64,000 nucleotides of DNA, from IMG/VR virus record IMGVR_UViG_3300021086_000004, positions 1 to 64,000 of that record; one strand, given 5' to 3'. The translations under genes and the position numbers were made by a program. The stretch is from a virus (taxonomy: Duplodnaviria > Caudoviricetes). The number at the start of each line of letters is the position of its first letter. Positions within the stretch are counted from its first letter, which is position 1. Under the pieces are notes generated by a model. It was given only the letters and a program-made list of their open reading frames with translations. It was not told where the DNA came from and searched no databases. Positions 44,593-53,802 of the stretch are shown here, in pieces.

Positions 44593-45224
44593 CAGTCCGG
44601 CGCCTCGGGGTCGAGCCGTTCCGACCGCGCCAACTGCGCGCACACCTCCCGGAGTTCGGCGGCGGTCGCGAACGCCGTACCGGTCCGCAGCCCCATCCAC
44701 CGGCCCCGCGCCTGCGCCCGCCGCGACGGGCGCCCGCCGAGTTCCTCCGGCTCATCATCCGCGGCCAGCCGGAACATGCCGCCGGTGTTCCCTGCCATCA
44801 CCGCCCACCTCATGAACGGCGCCTCGAATACGTCCACGGTGACCGCGGCTGTCCCGCCGGGTTCTTCGATGTCGCGGGTCCACTGGGCGACGTCGTCTTC
44901 GGGAGACCGGTACAGCCGCAGGCCGCGGCCGGCGGGGCGAGTGAGGACGACGTGGGCTTCCCGGTCCAGGTAGACCCGGTCGGGGGTGAGCGCCTTCACG
45001 GCGCGGACGAATCCGGTGATGGCGCGGCGGAGATCCCGGAGGCGTCGGCGTTCGCGGATGGCGGCGGCGAGGACGGCGAGCAGGACCGCGGCCTGCACCG
45101 CGCCGAACGCCAGCGGGGCCGAGCCGAGGGCGACCTGTGCGACGGCCATGGCCGTGCATGCGGCCACGATTCCCGTGCTGGCGCCGTCGGTGAACAGGAG
45201 CCGCAGGTACAGGGGGATCTTCAT
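44592..45224 (-). CDS. Membrane-anchored hypothetical protein
   Basis: Two N-terminal TM helices. Confidence 0.6.
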   Translation of the reverse strand: MKIPLYLRLLFTDGASTGIVAACTAMAVAQVALGSAPLAFGAVQAAVLLAVLAAAIRERRRLRDLRRAITGFVRAVKALTPDRVYLDREAHVVLTRPAGRGLRLYRSPEDDVAQWTRDIEEPGGTAAVTVDVFEAPFMRWAVMAGNTGGMFRLAADDEPEELGGRPSRRAQARGRWMGLRTGTAFATAAELREVCAQLARSERLDPEAPD

Positions 45225-45258
45225 GGCGGCCTTTCGTGGTCGCGGGTGGCGTGGCGCA

Positions 45259-45909
45259 TCACTCGGCCCAGGTAGTCGTCTCGATGGCGGTGCCGTCTGC
45301 TGCGATCCCTGCTGACTGGCCGGTGACGACGTGCGGGCCGTGGATCTCTACCGGCGGAACCCGGAGCCGGGCGAGTTGTCCGGCGGCGTGCCGCCAGCAG
45401 GTCTCGGCCACAGTGGCGTCGTACAACGGGTTGTGCGGAGACATCTCCTCGTAGGCCCCGGCCATGCGGAGGCCGTGGGCGGTGCGGTACCCGTCGACGG
45501 ACAGCGGATCGGCGCCGACGGCGTAGAGCAGCGTGGCGAGGTCGTGGAGGGGGAACGGGCCGGAGAACGGGTCACGGCCGAGGACGTGGACCATGTCGGC
45601 GAACAGCCGCGCCTCGACCGGCGCGGCTACGTGGGCGATGACCAGCGGGTTGCCGTCCTGCTGGTCGTCGTACCAGCCGGCGAACTGGGCGAGCATGGTC
45701 GGGTAGTCGTGGCCGGTCCCCCGGTACGGCACGGGTGTGCCGAGGACGGGTATGACGTTGGCGGCGACCCAGGGGTCTACGGGGCCGTCGATGATGCAGG
45801 CGTCTTCGAACAGTGCGTGGACGCCGTCGTCGTGGGTGACGATGGCGCCGATGGCGAAGGGTTGGCCGTGGAGCCCGTTCGACTCGACGTCGACGGAGAG
45901 GATCTTCAC
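45259..45909 (-). CDS. DEDDh 3'-5' exonuclease (RNase AS/Rv2179c-like)
   Basis: SVDVESNG, FAIGA, PWVAANVIP, HDLATL, HNPLYDA. Confidence 0.75.
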   Translation of the reverse strand: MKILSVDVESNGLHGQPFAIGAIVTHDDGVHALFEDACIIDGPVDPWVAANVIPVLGTPVPYRGTGHDYPTMLAQFAGWYDDQQDGNPLVIAHVAAPVEARLFADMVHVLGRDPFSGPFPLHDLATLLYAVGADPLSVDGYRTAHGLRMAGAYEEMSPHNPLYDATVAETCWRHAAGQLARLRVPPVEIHGPHVVTGQSAGIAADGTAIETTTWAE

Positions 45910-46307
45910 GCGGTCTCCTGGGTCAGGTTGTCGGCTGGCTGGTTCTGGTCGGGACGGCAGTACGTGCACAGGTCGACCTCGCCGTGATGTCGGACGGTGG
46001 CGTCGACGGTGCCACAGGCCATGCACGCGAGGTGCCCTTGCGCCGAGCCGCGCGCCGGGTCGGGCGCCTTGGCGTTCCACAGTGGGCAGGTGACTGGGTG
46101 GGCGACGTGGGCTGGGGCGTCGGCCCAGTCCGACCACGGCTCACCCCTCGCGAGCAGTTCCCAGCGTTGCCAGGCGCGGCCGGCGATCGGGATCCACTGC
46201 CCGGCGGGGTCGGGGGTCGGGTTGAGCGGGAGGTTCTTGCGTCGGGCGGTGGTGGCGTAGAGGACGGCCCTGCCGCAGCCGGCGGGGCAGCGTGCGGTGC
46301 CGGTCAC
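45906..46307 (-). CDS. Zinc-binding hypothetical protein
   Basis: CPAGC...HPVTCP...CMAC...CTYC. Confidence 0.65.
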   Translation of the reverse strand: MTGTARCPAGCGRAVLYATTARRKNLPLNPTPDPAGQWIPIAGRAWQRWELLARGEPWSDWADAPAHVAHPVTCPLWNAKAPDPARGSAQGHLACMACGTVDATVRHHGEVDLCTYCRPDQNQPADNLTQETA

Positions 46308-46374
46308 GGCTTGCCGTCCTGGTCGGCCGGCTCGTCGTCGTCCCAGTCGTCCTCGTACCCGCCGTCCGGCTCGG

Positions 46375-47844
46375 TCACGGCACCGCCTCCCACAGCCGGG
46401 TCCGCCAGTCGATGTCGAGCATCTCCCCGGCGACGGCTGCGGCGAGCGGCGGCGGGACGCAGTTCCCGACCTGGCCGAACCGGGAGGTGCGGTTGCCCTG
46501 CCACGGGTAGTCGGCCGGGAAGCCTTGGAGGACGCCGGCCTGCGGTACGCCGACGCGGACGGTGTGCTCGTCGTACTGGCGTTGCCCGCCTTCGCGGTCG
46601 CGGTGGCCGGGGCCTGCGAGTCTCGGGTCGCCGCACACGGCGGTGGCGGGGCGTTCGGCAGGCCAATCGTTGCGGTGCTGCCAGCGCATGTCGGAGTGGC
46701 CGAATGCGACGGTCATCGCGGGCTGGTCGGGGGTGCGGGGCCGTGTGCGGTCGTTGACCTTGGCCCGGCCGGATGGGACCAGTTCCCATCCGGCCGGGCC
46801 AAGGTCGGACTCCAACTGCCACGACCAACTGCGGCCCTGCCCGGACACGGTCGGGGCGGGACCGGCCATGTCCCGACGTTGGTAGTCGGCGGTGCCGCCG
46901 GAGACTTGGTTGGTCTGCAGGGTCCATCCGGTGCTGTACGAGGTCTTCCCGGCGCCGTACGCCCAGCGTGGGCCGCGGTCGCCGCAGACAGTGCGGCTGG
47001 GCCGGTCAGCATCGATGGCCAGCGCGTCGGCCATGGACACCCACGGCAGCAGCCCGCGGTCGGCGGGGTGGACGGCACGTTCCCGGGCCGGCTCGACGAA
47101 CAGCCCATCTGCGGCCGGCTCATCCGCGCGGCGGGCGGGGACGTACCGGGCGTGCGACGGTGCCGGCAGCCGGGCCGGCCGGCCGTCGTTCCGTGCGGCG
47201 AGGAACGCCCGCAACCGGGTCTGCGGGACGCCGAAGCATTCGGAGCTGAGCAGGCCGGCGGTGGCGGACCAGCCTGCGCGGCGCAGGCATCGGGCGTACT
47301 CGGCCCACAGCGGCAGCGCGGCGGGAACCTGCTCGCAGGCGAGCCACCGCAGCCCGGCGATGCCTTCGGCCCACCGGGCGGGTTCGAGAACGAGCGCCGC
47401 CTGCGCGGCGTCCGCGCGGGCGGCTGCTTCGACCCGTGCCCGCGGCCACTGCTTGGCAGGTGGGCGGGTCTCGTTGCGGGCCTGCTGCGCCGCCAGGGCG
47501 GCGGGGTACACGTCGGCGCGGACCTGGCCGCGTACGTCCTCCCCGGCGAGCATTGGCGCGATGGCCGCGGTCAGGGTGTCCATGACGGCCAGTCCGAGCC
47601 GCTGCCCGGCGTTGGAGAACAGGGGGCAGGGTGGGGACATGACCGCGCCGTCTACGCGTCCGGCGAGGTGCGCGAGCGGGAACGCGGCGACGTCGGCCTG
47701 TACCCGGACGTGGCCTGCGGCTTGAGCGGTGCGGCAGGCGTCCCGGTCGAGATCGACACCGACCGCCGCCGTGTGGCCGAGCATCGCCATGCCCTGCGAC
47801 CCGCCGCCAGGGCCGGCGAACCCTTCCAGGACGAGACGGGTCAC
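46375..47844 (-). CDS. DNA (cytosine-5) methyltransferase
   Basis: FAGPGG (I), SPPCPLFS (IV), EQV (VI), GVPQTRLR (VIII), QGFP and QVGNCVPP (IX-X). Confidence 0.92.
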   Translation of the reverse strand: MTRLVLEGFAGPGGGSQGMAMLGHTAAVGVDLDRDACRTAQAAGHVRVQADVAAFPLAHLAGRVDGAVMSPPCPLFSNAGQRLGLAVMDTLTAAIAPMLAGEDVRGQVRADVYPAALAAQQARNETRPPAKQWPRARVEAAARADAAQAALVLEPARWAEGIAGLRWLACEQVPAALPLWAEYARCLRRAGWSATAGLLSSECFGVPQTRLRAFLAARNDGRPARLPAPSHARYVPARRADEPAADGLFVEPARERAVHPADRGLLPWVSMADALAIDADRPSRTVCGDRGPRWAYGAGKTSYSTGWTLQTNQVSGGTADYQRRDMAGPAPTVSGQGRSWSWQLESDLGPAGWELVPSGRAKVNDRTRPRTPDQPAMTVAFGHSDMRWQHRNDWPAERPATAVCGDPRLAGPGHRDREGGQRQYDEHTVRVGVPQAGVLQGFPADYPWQGNRTSRFGQVGNCVPPPLAAAVAGEMLDIDWRTRLWEAVP

Positions 47845-48230
47845 GGCGTGCTCCCCGCGCAGTACCGGCATGTGTCGGGCTGGCAGGTGCCGTCCATGTG
47901 GGACTGCTGGTCGGGGGTGCCGCCCCACGCGTTCCCCCGTGGCATGACGGACCGGCGGGCCACGAACCCGGGGTCGTCGGGCGGGTTGTCTGCGGCCACG
48001 TCGAGCAGGGCGGGCGTGTCGATGTCGGGCGCTGGGTCATCTCCCATCGCGGCGCGGATCACGGCGGGGTCGACGCTGAGGAACCCCAACGGCCGGCCTG
48101 TGCCGTCGCCGTGCAGGGCGACCTCGACCGCGACGTCGACCGCGGCCCGGTACGCCTCGGCCATGCCCAGGTTCAGTTCGGCCTGCAAGCCAGCGTGAGC
48201 CAGGTCCGCGTGGTCGTCCGGGCCGGTCAC
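47841..48230 (-). CDS. Hypothetical protein
   Basis: Coupled; C-terminal Cys cluster. Confidence 0.5.
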   Translation of the reverse strand: MTGPDDHADLAHAGLQAELNLGMAEAYRAAVDVAVEVALHGDGTGRPLGFLSVDPAVIRAAMGDDPAPDIDTPALLDVAADNPPDDPGFVARRSVMPRGNAWGGTPDQQSHMDGTCQPDTCRYCAGSTP

Positions 48231-48571
48231 GGCACCGCTCCCGGGTCGCCCGGGTGCGGCACGCGGCGGCCGAACCGCTCGCAGTACGCCCAGTACAGGG
48301 CGTCCCGCCGGTCCAGCCACCACCACGCACGGCGTAGCCGGGAGGCGGGCCGGGCAGGGTGGAGATCGGCGGCGCAGGCGTTACACAGGGCGCCTTCATC
48401 GAGCCGGACCCAGATGGCGAGGTCCGCCTTGCCGCACCTCGCGCAGTCGTGGAACACGAGACCGTTCGGCGCGTCGACCATGGTGATCGTGTCGGGCCGC
48501 GCGGCTCCTCCTCCATGGCCGGTCACGTACCAGCGGGGGCGCAGCCAGGACCGGCGCCACGTGTCGGTCAC
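48227..48571 (-). CDS. Zinc-finger protein
   Basis: CARC...CNAC. Confidence 0.55.
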   Translation of the reverse strand: MTDTWRRSWLRPRWYVTGHGGGAARPDTITMVDAPNGLVFHDCARCGKADLAIWVRLDEGALCNACAADLHPARPASRLRRAWWWLDRRDALYWAYCERFGRRVPHPGDPGAVP

Positions 48572-48780
48572 GGGGTTCCCTCCCTGCGGTACATGGCGTC
48601 GAGGTCGGGCATGCCGGCGCGCATCGCCTGCCAGCAGTCGTCGCACACGACGGCCGGGTCCGCGAGTTCGGCCGCCGTGAACCCGGCGGCTTCGGCTTCG
48701 GCCTGCGCGTCGTCGTCGGACCATCCCTGGTCGAACGTGCGGTGGCAGTTGTCGCAGGTGAACGTGCCGTGGGCAGTCAC
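48568..48780 (-). CDS. Zinc-finger protein
   Basis: CDNC...CDDC. Confidence 0.65.
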   Translation of the reverse strand: MTAHGTFTCDNCHRTFDQGWSDDDAQAEAEAAGFTAAELADPAVVCDDCWQAMRAGMPDLDAMYRREGTP

Positions 48781-48941
48781 CGCGCGGTCCCGGCTGCGGT
48801 CAGGTCGAGCTGCATCTGACCGGTGCAGCGGTCGCGGTGCTCGTCGAACCCGGCGAGGTCTGGCCACGTCTCGTGGCAGCGCCGGCAGTGCGTCGCTGCG
48901 GTGCCGGTCCAGGTGGCGTCGCAACGGCGGCAGCGGGTCAC
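48777..48941 (-). CDS. FDXHR-type zinc-binding protein
   Basis: CRRC...HCRRCHETW....FDEHR. Confidence 0.7.
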   Translation of the reverse strand: MTRCRRCDATWTGTAATHCRRCHETWPDLAGFDEHRDRCTGQMQLDLTAAGTAR

Positions 48942-49168
48942 TTCACGGCCTCCGCCCGGACGATCCGCCGCGGCCCCGCCATCTCCAGGCGAACCACCTC
49001 GGCGTTGGCGAGCTTGACGAGGCTCAGCCGGGCGCGCCCGGCGGTGCACCCCGTCGCGCGGGCGGCCTGGCTGGCGACCGAGTAGCGGCCGGGGGTGAGC
49101 GGCCCGCGTTCACGGACGAACTCCAGAATGGCCCCGGGGTAGCCGCGGAACGTCACGTCGGCGGTCAC
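48938..49168 (-). CDS. Small wHTH-like protein
   Basis: Coupled; helical pattern. Confidence 0.5.
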   Translation of the reverse strand: MTADVTFRGYPGAILEFVRERGPLTPGRYSVASQAARATGCTAGRARLSLVKLANAEVVRLEMAGPRRIVRAEAVK

Positions 49169-49779
49169 TGCTGGCGCTCCGCGTACGCGGCCAGGGCGGT
49201 CGCGCGGAGAGCTTCGGCTTCGGCCTCCTGCTGGTCGAACACGTCCTGCGGCAGGTCCACCCACCCGGACACGTGCATGAACAGCCGATCCCGGTCAACC
49301 GCCGGCTGGCCGTCCTCGTCGAGGATGGGTTCGTCGTCGGCGTCGATGATCTCGCAGCCGTAGAGCACGTTGTCCGGCGTGGTCACTTCCGGGTCGCCCA
49401 CCGCGGCAGCCCCGGGGAGGGCCGCGACTCGCTCACGCCAGCCGTCGACAGCGATCTTGCGGAGGGCGGCGAGCATGACGGGGGACTCTGCGATGCCGTC
49501 TGGGACGCGACCGATGGTGGTCATCCGCTGGCGGGTGGTGGTCACGCTTGACTCCTTGAACGCCTGGCAGGACGTGAAGTTCGGGCACCCGTCGGACAGG
49601 CCCCACACCTTGTCGCCGTCCGGGTCGTACTTCCACGCCTTCATGTCGAGCCACCCGTGGCGGTGGTCAGTGGTGGTGAACTGGACGTCGTAGCCGGACG
49701 CTGAGGCGTGGTGGATGTCGAGGCCGGTGATCCGGTGGAGCCGCCGGAGCCACTTCTCCCCGAGCCCGTCGCGGCTCAC
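49165..49779 (-). CDS. Hypothetical protein (possible two-gene fusion)
   Basis: Internal AAGGAG-N6-GTG in frame at about 49543. Confidence 0.55.
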   Translation of the reverse strand: MSRDGLGEKWLRRLHRITGLDIHHASASGYDVQFTTTDHRHGWLDMKAWKYDPDGDKVWGLSDGCPNFTSCQAFKESSVTTTRQRMTTIGRVPDGIAESPVMLAALRKIAVDGWRERVAALPGAAAVGDPEVTTPDNVLYGCEIIDADDEPILDEDGQPAVDRDRLFMHVSGWVDLPQDVFDQQEAEAEALRATALAAYAERQQ

Positions 49780-50003
49780 GTCGGCTCCCGGAAGAGGCGC
49801 TTGGCGTGGCGTTCCGCCGGGGCGAGCCGGCGGCCGGTGGTCGCAGGAGGCGGGGAATGCCCGGCCGCGCGGACGTCGCGGAGGACGTCGATGGCGTCTT
49901 CGACGACGCGCCGCTGGGTGACGCGGAGGCGGTACGCCTCGGCGCGGACCCATTCGTAGCGGTCTTCGGTGAGCCGGATCATCGTCGGCACATCGTCGGT
50001 CAT
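49776..50003 (-). CDS. Ribbon-helix-helix regulator
   Basis: TMIRLTEDRYEWVRAEAYRLRVTQRRVVEDAI. Confidence 0.7.
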   Translation of the reverse strand: MTDDVPTMIRLTEDRYEWVRAEAYRLRVTQRRVVEDAIDVLRDVRAAGHSPPPATTGRRLAPAERHAKRLFREPT

Positions 50004-50638
50004 CCCGCAATCCTGTCATCGGGATGCGCCCCTGGCAAGGCGCCACGCAGGTCCGCTAAAACCGCCGCGGCCCGCTCCGCCAGCGTGCCGCCGAGGAGCC
50101 GGTACGGCACCCGCCACGCGGCGAGCCGCTCCACGTACGCGGCGTGGATCCGCGCCCTGTCCGCCGTGTCCTCGGCCCGCACCGCGTCGGCGGCGTACGA
50201 CACGTCGGCGGGGTCCAGCAGCCAGATCCGCCGGTACGCCGCCAGGTGGCCCTGGGCGCGGCGGTACAGGGCGTCGCCGCCGAGGCGGTCGCCGGTGGAG
50301 TGGACGTACACGGCGGCGCACAGCGGCGAGCGGTCGCAGACGACCGGCCCGGGCGCGGCTTCCTGTTCGCGGGCCAAGGCGAGGGTCTGGATGGCGGCCT
50401 GCGCGGGGAACCGGAACCGGTCACGTTCGGGGGTGGGGTGGGCGGCGAACCAGTCCCGGGCGGCCTCGGCGACGACGGTGACGTCGGGGCGGGTGGCTGC
50501 GATGGCGGCGGCCAGGGTGGTCTTCCCGACGCAGCCGGCGCCGAGCGCGCCCGCCAGGCCGGGGAGGATGCCGCGCCACCCGACGGCGTCGGGCGGCAGG
50601 TCTTCGGCCGGGTCCAACGCGGGCGGCACCGCGGTCAC
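50000..50638 (-). CDS. AAA_28 (NadR/Ttd14-type) P-loop kinase
   Basis: GAGCVGKTTL Walker A, EAAR, CDRS motifs. Confidence 0.8.
   Translation of the reverse strand: MTAVPPALDPAEDLPPDAVGWRGILPGLAGALGAGCVGKTTLAAAIAATRPDVTVVAEAARDWFAAHPTPERDRFRFPAQAAIQTLALAREQEAAPGPVVCDRSPLCAAVYVHSTGDRLGGDALYRRAQGHLAAYRRIWLLDPADVSYAADAVRAEDTADRARIHAAYVERLAAWRVPYRLLGGTLAERAAAVLADLRGALPGAHPDDRIAG
50001..50038 (-). promoter_or_regulatory. Leaderless promoter with overlapping inverted repeat
   Basis: TTGCCA-N17-CAGGAT-N6-ATG; CATCCCG...CGGGATG at 50001-50026. Confidence 0.55.
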
Positions 50639-50922
50639 GGCGCGCCCTCCTGCCTAGCGGTCAGGGCCGGGTACCGCTGCGGCGTGCGCATGGCCGCCGC
50701 GACCGCCCCGGCCACCGCCTCCGAATCCAGCGCCGGGACGCAGCCCCGGGACGCTACGCCGGCACCGTAGGCGTAGCCGGCCAGGACCGCATCCCACACG
50801 AGGCGCCGCTCCCGCTGGGTCAGCGGCATCGCTGACAGGACGCCGAGCAGCGGGTCAGCCTTCTGTTTCTCGGCCAGCTCCTCGTAGTACCGCAGCAGGT
50901 CTTCCGGGCCGAGTGCGGTCAC
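50635..50922 (-). CDS. Hypothetical protein
   Basis: Coupled. Confidence 0.55.
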   Translation of the reverse strand: MTALGPEDLLRYYEELAEKQKADPLLGVLSAMPLTQRERRLVWDAVLAGYAYGAGVASRGCVPALDSEAVAGAVAAAMRTPQRYPALTARQEGAP

Positions 50923-51089
50923 CGCCGGTCCCGCCGGTCGTCCCGGCGGCCGAGGACGTCGGCGACCATCCGGTCATACGATGCGGCGGCTTCCCGGACG
51001 GCGGGGTCTTCGGCTTCGAGCCGGTCGAGGTCGGCCTGCAAGGCGGCCCACTCCTCGCGGGTCCACTCCTCGGGCGGGCGGCCGGTCAT
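50919..51089 (-). CDS. Small hypothetical protein
   Basis: LDRLEAEDPAVREAAASYDRMV motif. Confidence 0.6.
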   Translation of the reverse strand: MTGRPPEEWTREEWAALQADLDRLEAEDPAVREAAASYDRMVADVLGRRDDRRDRR

Positions 51090-51601
51090 TGCCTTCGTCC
51101 TTCCCGCCACGACGCTGCCAGGCCGCGGAGCAGCGTCGCCCCGAAGTGGTCGAGGGAGACGCCGTCGGCGTGGTCACGTGCGATCCGGTCGAGCTCGGCA
51201 GCGATCGCGCGGGCGACCAGTCCGCCGGGGCGGAGGGCGGTGACGAGGGCGGCGCGCATGTCCGGGTCCTCCGTCGTGCCGCCGATCCGGTAGCCGGCAT
51301 CGGAGGGCGCCTCAACGTCCTCTTCGGTGATCCGGCCGTCCTGGTCGCCGCTCGCGTTCTCGTCGATCACCGCCGCCACGATCCGCGCCCGGTCAGCGCG
51401 AGCGGGGTGGGTCAGCAGGCTCGTGCATGCCGTCCCTGGCGTGGCGCCGCAGGCCGGGCACGGCACCCCGAGCGGGTCGACCGGTGTCGGCTGGCCGGCC
51501 TGGACTGCCGGTAACCTGGCCGGCCCGTAGCCGGGCAGGTACGCGGAGTGGTGCCCGCCGGGGCAGTCGTCCCCGACGTAGTGCGTCCGGTCGCGGGTCA
51601 T
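51086..51601 (-). CDS. Zinc-finger protein
   Basis: CPACGATPGTAC...HPAR. Confidence 0.6.
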   Translation of the reverse strand: MTRDRTHYVGDDCPGGHHSAYLPGYGPARLPAVQAGQPTPVDPLGVPCPACGATPGTACTSLLTHPARADRARIVAAVIDENASGDQDGRITEEDVEAPSDAGYRIGGTTEDPDMRAALVTALRPGGLVARAIAAELDRIARDHADGVSLDHFGATLLRGLAASWREGRRQ

Positions 51602-51804
51602 GGCGCCAGCCAGGACGGCAGGCAGACGCAGCCGCCCCGCTCGTCGGCAGGGTGCGCGCAATCGCAGCCGCCAGCCATCGGCGGCCGGTCGACGCGGAGG
51701 CCGCAGCCGTAGCACCACCGCGCGGCCTCGCGTGCCGCCGCGTCGTGCGCGGCGTCGTCGGCCACGGCCCGCACGCGGGCTTCCACCGTCTCGGTCGGGG
51801 TCAT
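51598..51804 (-). CDS. Small Cys-rich protein
   Basis: GGAGG RBS; ATGA overlap. Confidence 0.5.
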   Translation of the reverse strand: MTPTETVEARVRAVADDAAHDAAAREAARWCYGCGLRVDRPPMAGGCDCAHPADERGGCVCLPSWLAP

Positions 51805-52277
51805 GTCGTCGCCTCCGTCGTGTCGTCCAACTGGGCGCGTACTGCGGCCTCGGCCTCCGGCGGCAGGTCGAACACGCCCTGTAGTCCCCGCGCCGGAACC
51901 GGCTCGGGCAGCGGGCGGACGTTGTCGTACCGCCAGTGGGCCTGACCGGACACCGCCCACGGCGGGCAGGTGCACAGTCCGGTCTTGCTGCGGGAGCGGA
52001 GGCACACGGTGTGGAGGCGGACGACGGCGACCACGACGCCGCGGGTCGCCTCCCACTCCGGCCACAGCGCGGGACGGCCGACGGACCACCGCTCGATGGT
52101 GCGGGTCACGAGCGGGTGGTCGAGCGCGTCCCGGTCCAGGGCGCGGCCTTCGATGATGGCGAGGTCCCCGCGCCACGGCGTCGCCCAGCCGCGGTTCTCG
52201 ACTGTCTTCGCGCCGGGGTCGTGCGCGGCCTGGACGATGCACCACGACCACGGATTCTTGACCACGAGGGCCTTCAC
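51801..52277 (-). CDS. ASCH domain protein
   Basis: KALVVKNPW...GAKTVENR.W....RGDLAI; PVPARGLQGVF. Confidence 0.85.
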   Translation of the reverse strand: MKALVVKNPWSWCIVQAAHDPGAKTVENRGWATPWRGDLAIIEGRALDRDALDHPLVTRTIERWSVGRPALWPEWEATRGVVVAVVRLHTVCLRSRSKTGLCTCPPWAVSGQAHWRYDNVRPLPEPVPARGLQGVFDLPPEAEAAVRAQLDDTTEATT

Positions 52278-53092
52278 GAAGCGACCGCCTGACGGGCCGC
52301 GCGTGTCCTGCGATCCCCCTGGGTCCGGCACTCCCCCGGGTGGTAGTGCCGCTGCCGGTACCGCCACGGCGCCTCCTCCGGGTCATACGGGATCGGCTGG
52401 GCGCACCACGCACAGTTCCGCGGCTCCGGCGTACCGGACCATGCCGGGTTCCGCCACCGCCGCACCACCCGAGTCGACACGCCGACGCGGGCGGCGATCC
52501 GCTCCGTCGACCAATTGGCGGCGGACGCCGCTGCGGCGAACGCGCGAGCGTCGACCTCGGCCAGCGGCCGCGGCCTGGGGTCGCTGCCGAACAGGCGGGC
52601 GACCGCGACCGGGTCCGGCTCATCCGGCCCGGCCGGCTCGGCGGACCACGGCACGGCCTCCGGGTCGTCGATGTCGTCGCCCCACGCGGCCGGCGGCTGG
52701 TAGCCGAGAGCCCGGGCGACAGCGGCGGTCTGCTTCGACGGCCCCGGCCAGTCGCACAACTCCGCGTACACCGCGGCGATCCGCGCGGCCGTGGCCCGCC
52801 GGACCATCGCCGGGTCGGCGAGCCTGTCCAGGCTGCGTCGGCACGTGAAGCCGGCCTTCGGCGCGATGACGGAGGAGGGCCACCCGGCCGCGTACAGGGC
52901 ACGGAGCCGGCGACGGGTGCCGTCTGCTGGGATGAGCCACTGTTCGCCGGTCAACTGGGCGAGTTTCCACTGCTTGGAGTAGCGGGTGCAGGCGCGGCGG
53001 GCGGCGGCGCAGGTGCATCCGTGGTGTTGGGATGCGGCGCGGTCGCCGTGCCTGGTGGTGGAGGGGCAGCCGGGGTCCGGCTTGTCACTCAC
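52274..53092 (-). CDS. Conserved actinophage HTH-containing protein
   Basis: HGCTC, GTRRRLRALYAAGW, PPAAWGDDIDDP motifs. Confidence 0.7.
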   Translation of the reverse strand: MSDKPDPGCPSTTRHGDRAASQHHGCTCAAARRACTRYSKQWKLAQLTGEQWLIPADGTRRRLRALYAAGWPSSVIAPKAGFTCRRSLDRLADPAMVRRATAARIAAVYAELCDWPGPSKQTAAVARALGYQPPAAWGDDIDDPEAVPWSAEPAGPDEPDPVAVARLFGSDPRPRPLAEVDARAFAAAASAANWSTERIAARVGVSTRVVRRWRNPAWSGTPEPRNCAWCAQPIPYDPEEAPWRYRQRHYHPGECRTQGDRRTRAARQAVAS

Positions 53093-53226
53093 GGTCGTGG
53101 TCCTTCCCGTCGGGCGTCTCGACGGGGGCGGCCTATGCTGGGCCGAGCGTCGGGACGCGACTCAGCCTCGCGTTCCACGTGGAGCCTCTCGGGTGTGGTC
53201 GCCCGGGGGGCTCGCTGTTTCGGATG

Positions 53227-53802
53227 CTACCGCCCGCCGGGCACCGCCGGGGTGGGCTCCGGATGGTTCACCGGGCCGTGTCCGCCGGAAGCGGCGTCAG
53301 CCCAGAGAGACAGTTGCCCGTAGGCGTAGGGAGGCTGGGCCTGCCTGGCTTCCGGCCAGCGTTCCGGGAGAAGTTGCAGGGCGACCAGGCCCCCGGCGGT
53401 CTCACCGACGTGGTCCCAGCCCGCACGGCGGTAGCAGCGCCCGGGGTCGCGTTTCCGGCGGGTCTTGGTCGGGTCGACGAACGTCACGATCCCCAGCGGC
53501 GGCGGCTCCCACCTCGCCCGGGTGGCGGCGACTGCCGCGCGGATCAGGTCGGAGGACAGCAGCTCGCCCTCGTTGCGGAACAGGGAGCAGACCATCGCAC
53601 CGGCCCACGCGTGCTGCACGTATTCGGCTATCGGGTAGGAGGTGACCCACAGGGCGTCGGCCTGCTCAGTGAGGAGGACGAGGCAGCGGCCGGGTGGGAC
53701 GAACTGCGGTGACCCGACCTTCTGCCGGTTGTAGTGCCGGTCCGCGAGTGGGAGCGCCCGGGGGTCGGCGCGGGTGGACCGGTGCCATGGCTGGCCGGTC
53801 AC
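53227..53802 (-). CDS. Mom-like GNAT-fold protein, putative DNA modification enzyme
   Basis: ADRHYNRQ; FRNEG..LSSDLIRAA; TFVD...PGRCYRRAGW..VGET. Confidence 0.6.
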   Translation of the reverse strand: MTGQPWHRSTRADPRALPLADRHYNRQKVGSPQFVPPGRCLVLLTEQADALWVTSYPIAEYVQHAWAGAMVCSLFRNEGELLSSDLIRAAVAATRARWEPPPLGIVTFVDPTKTRRKRDPGRCYRRAGWDHVGETAGGLVALQLLPERWPEARQAQPPYAYGQLSLWADAASGGHGPVNHPEPTPAVPGGR

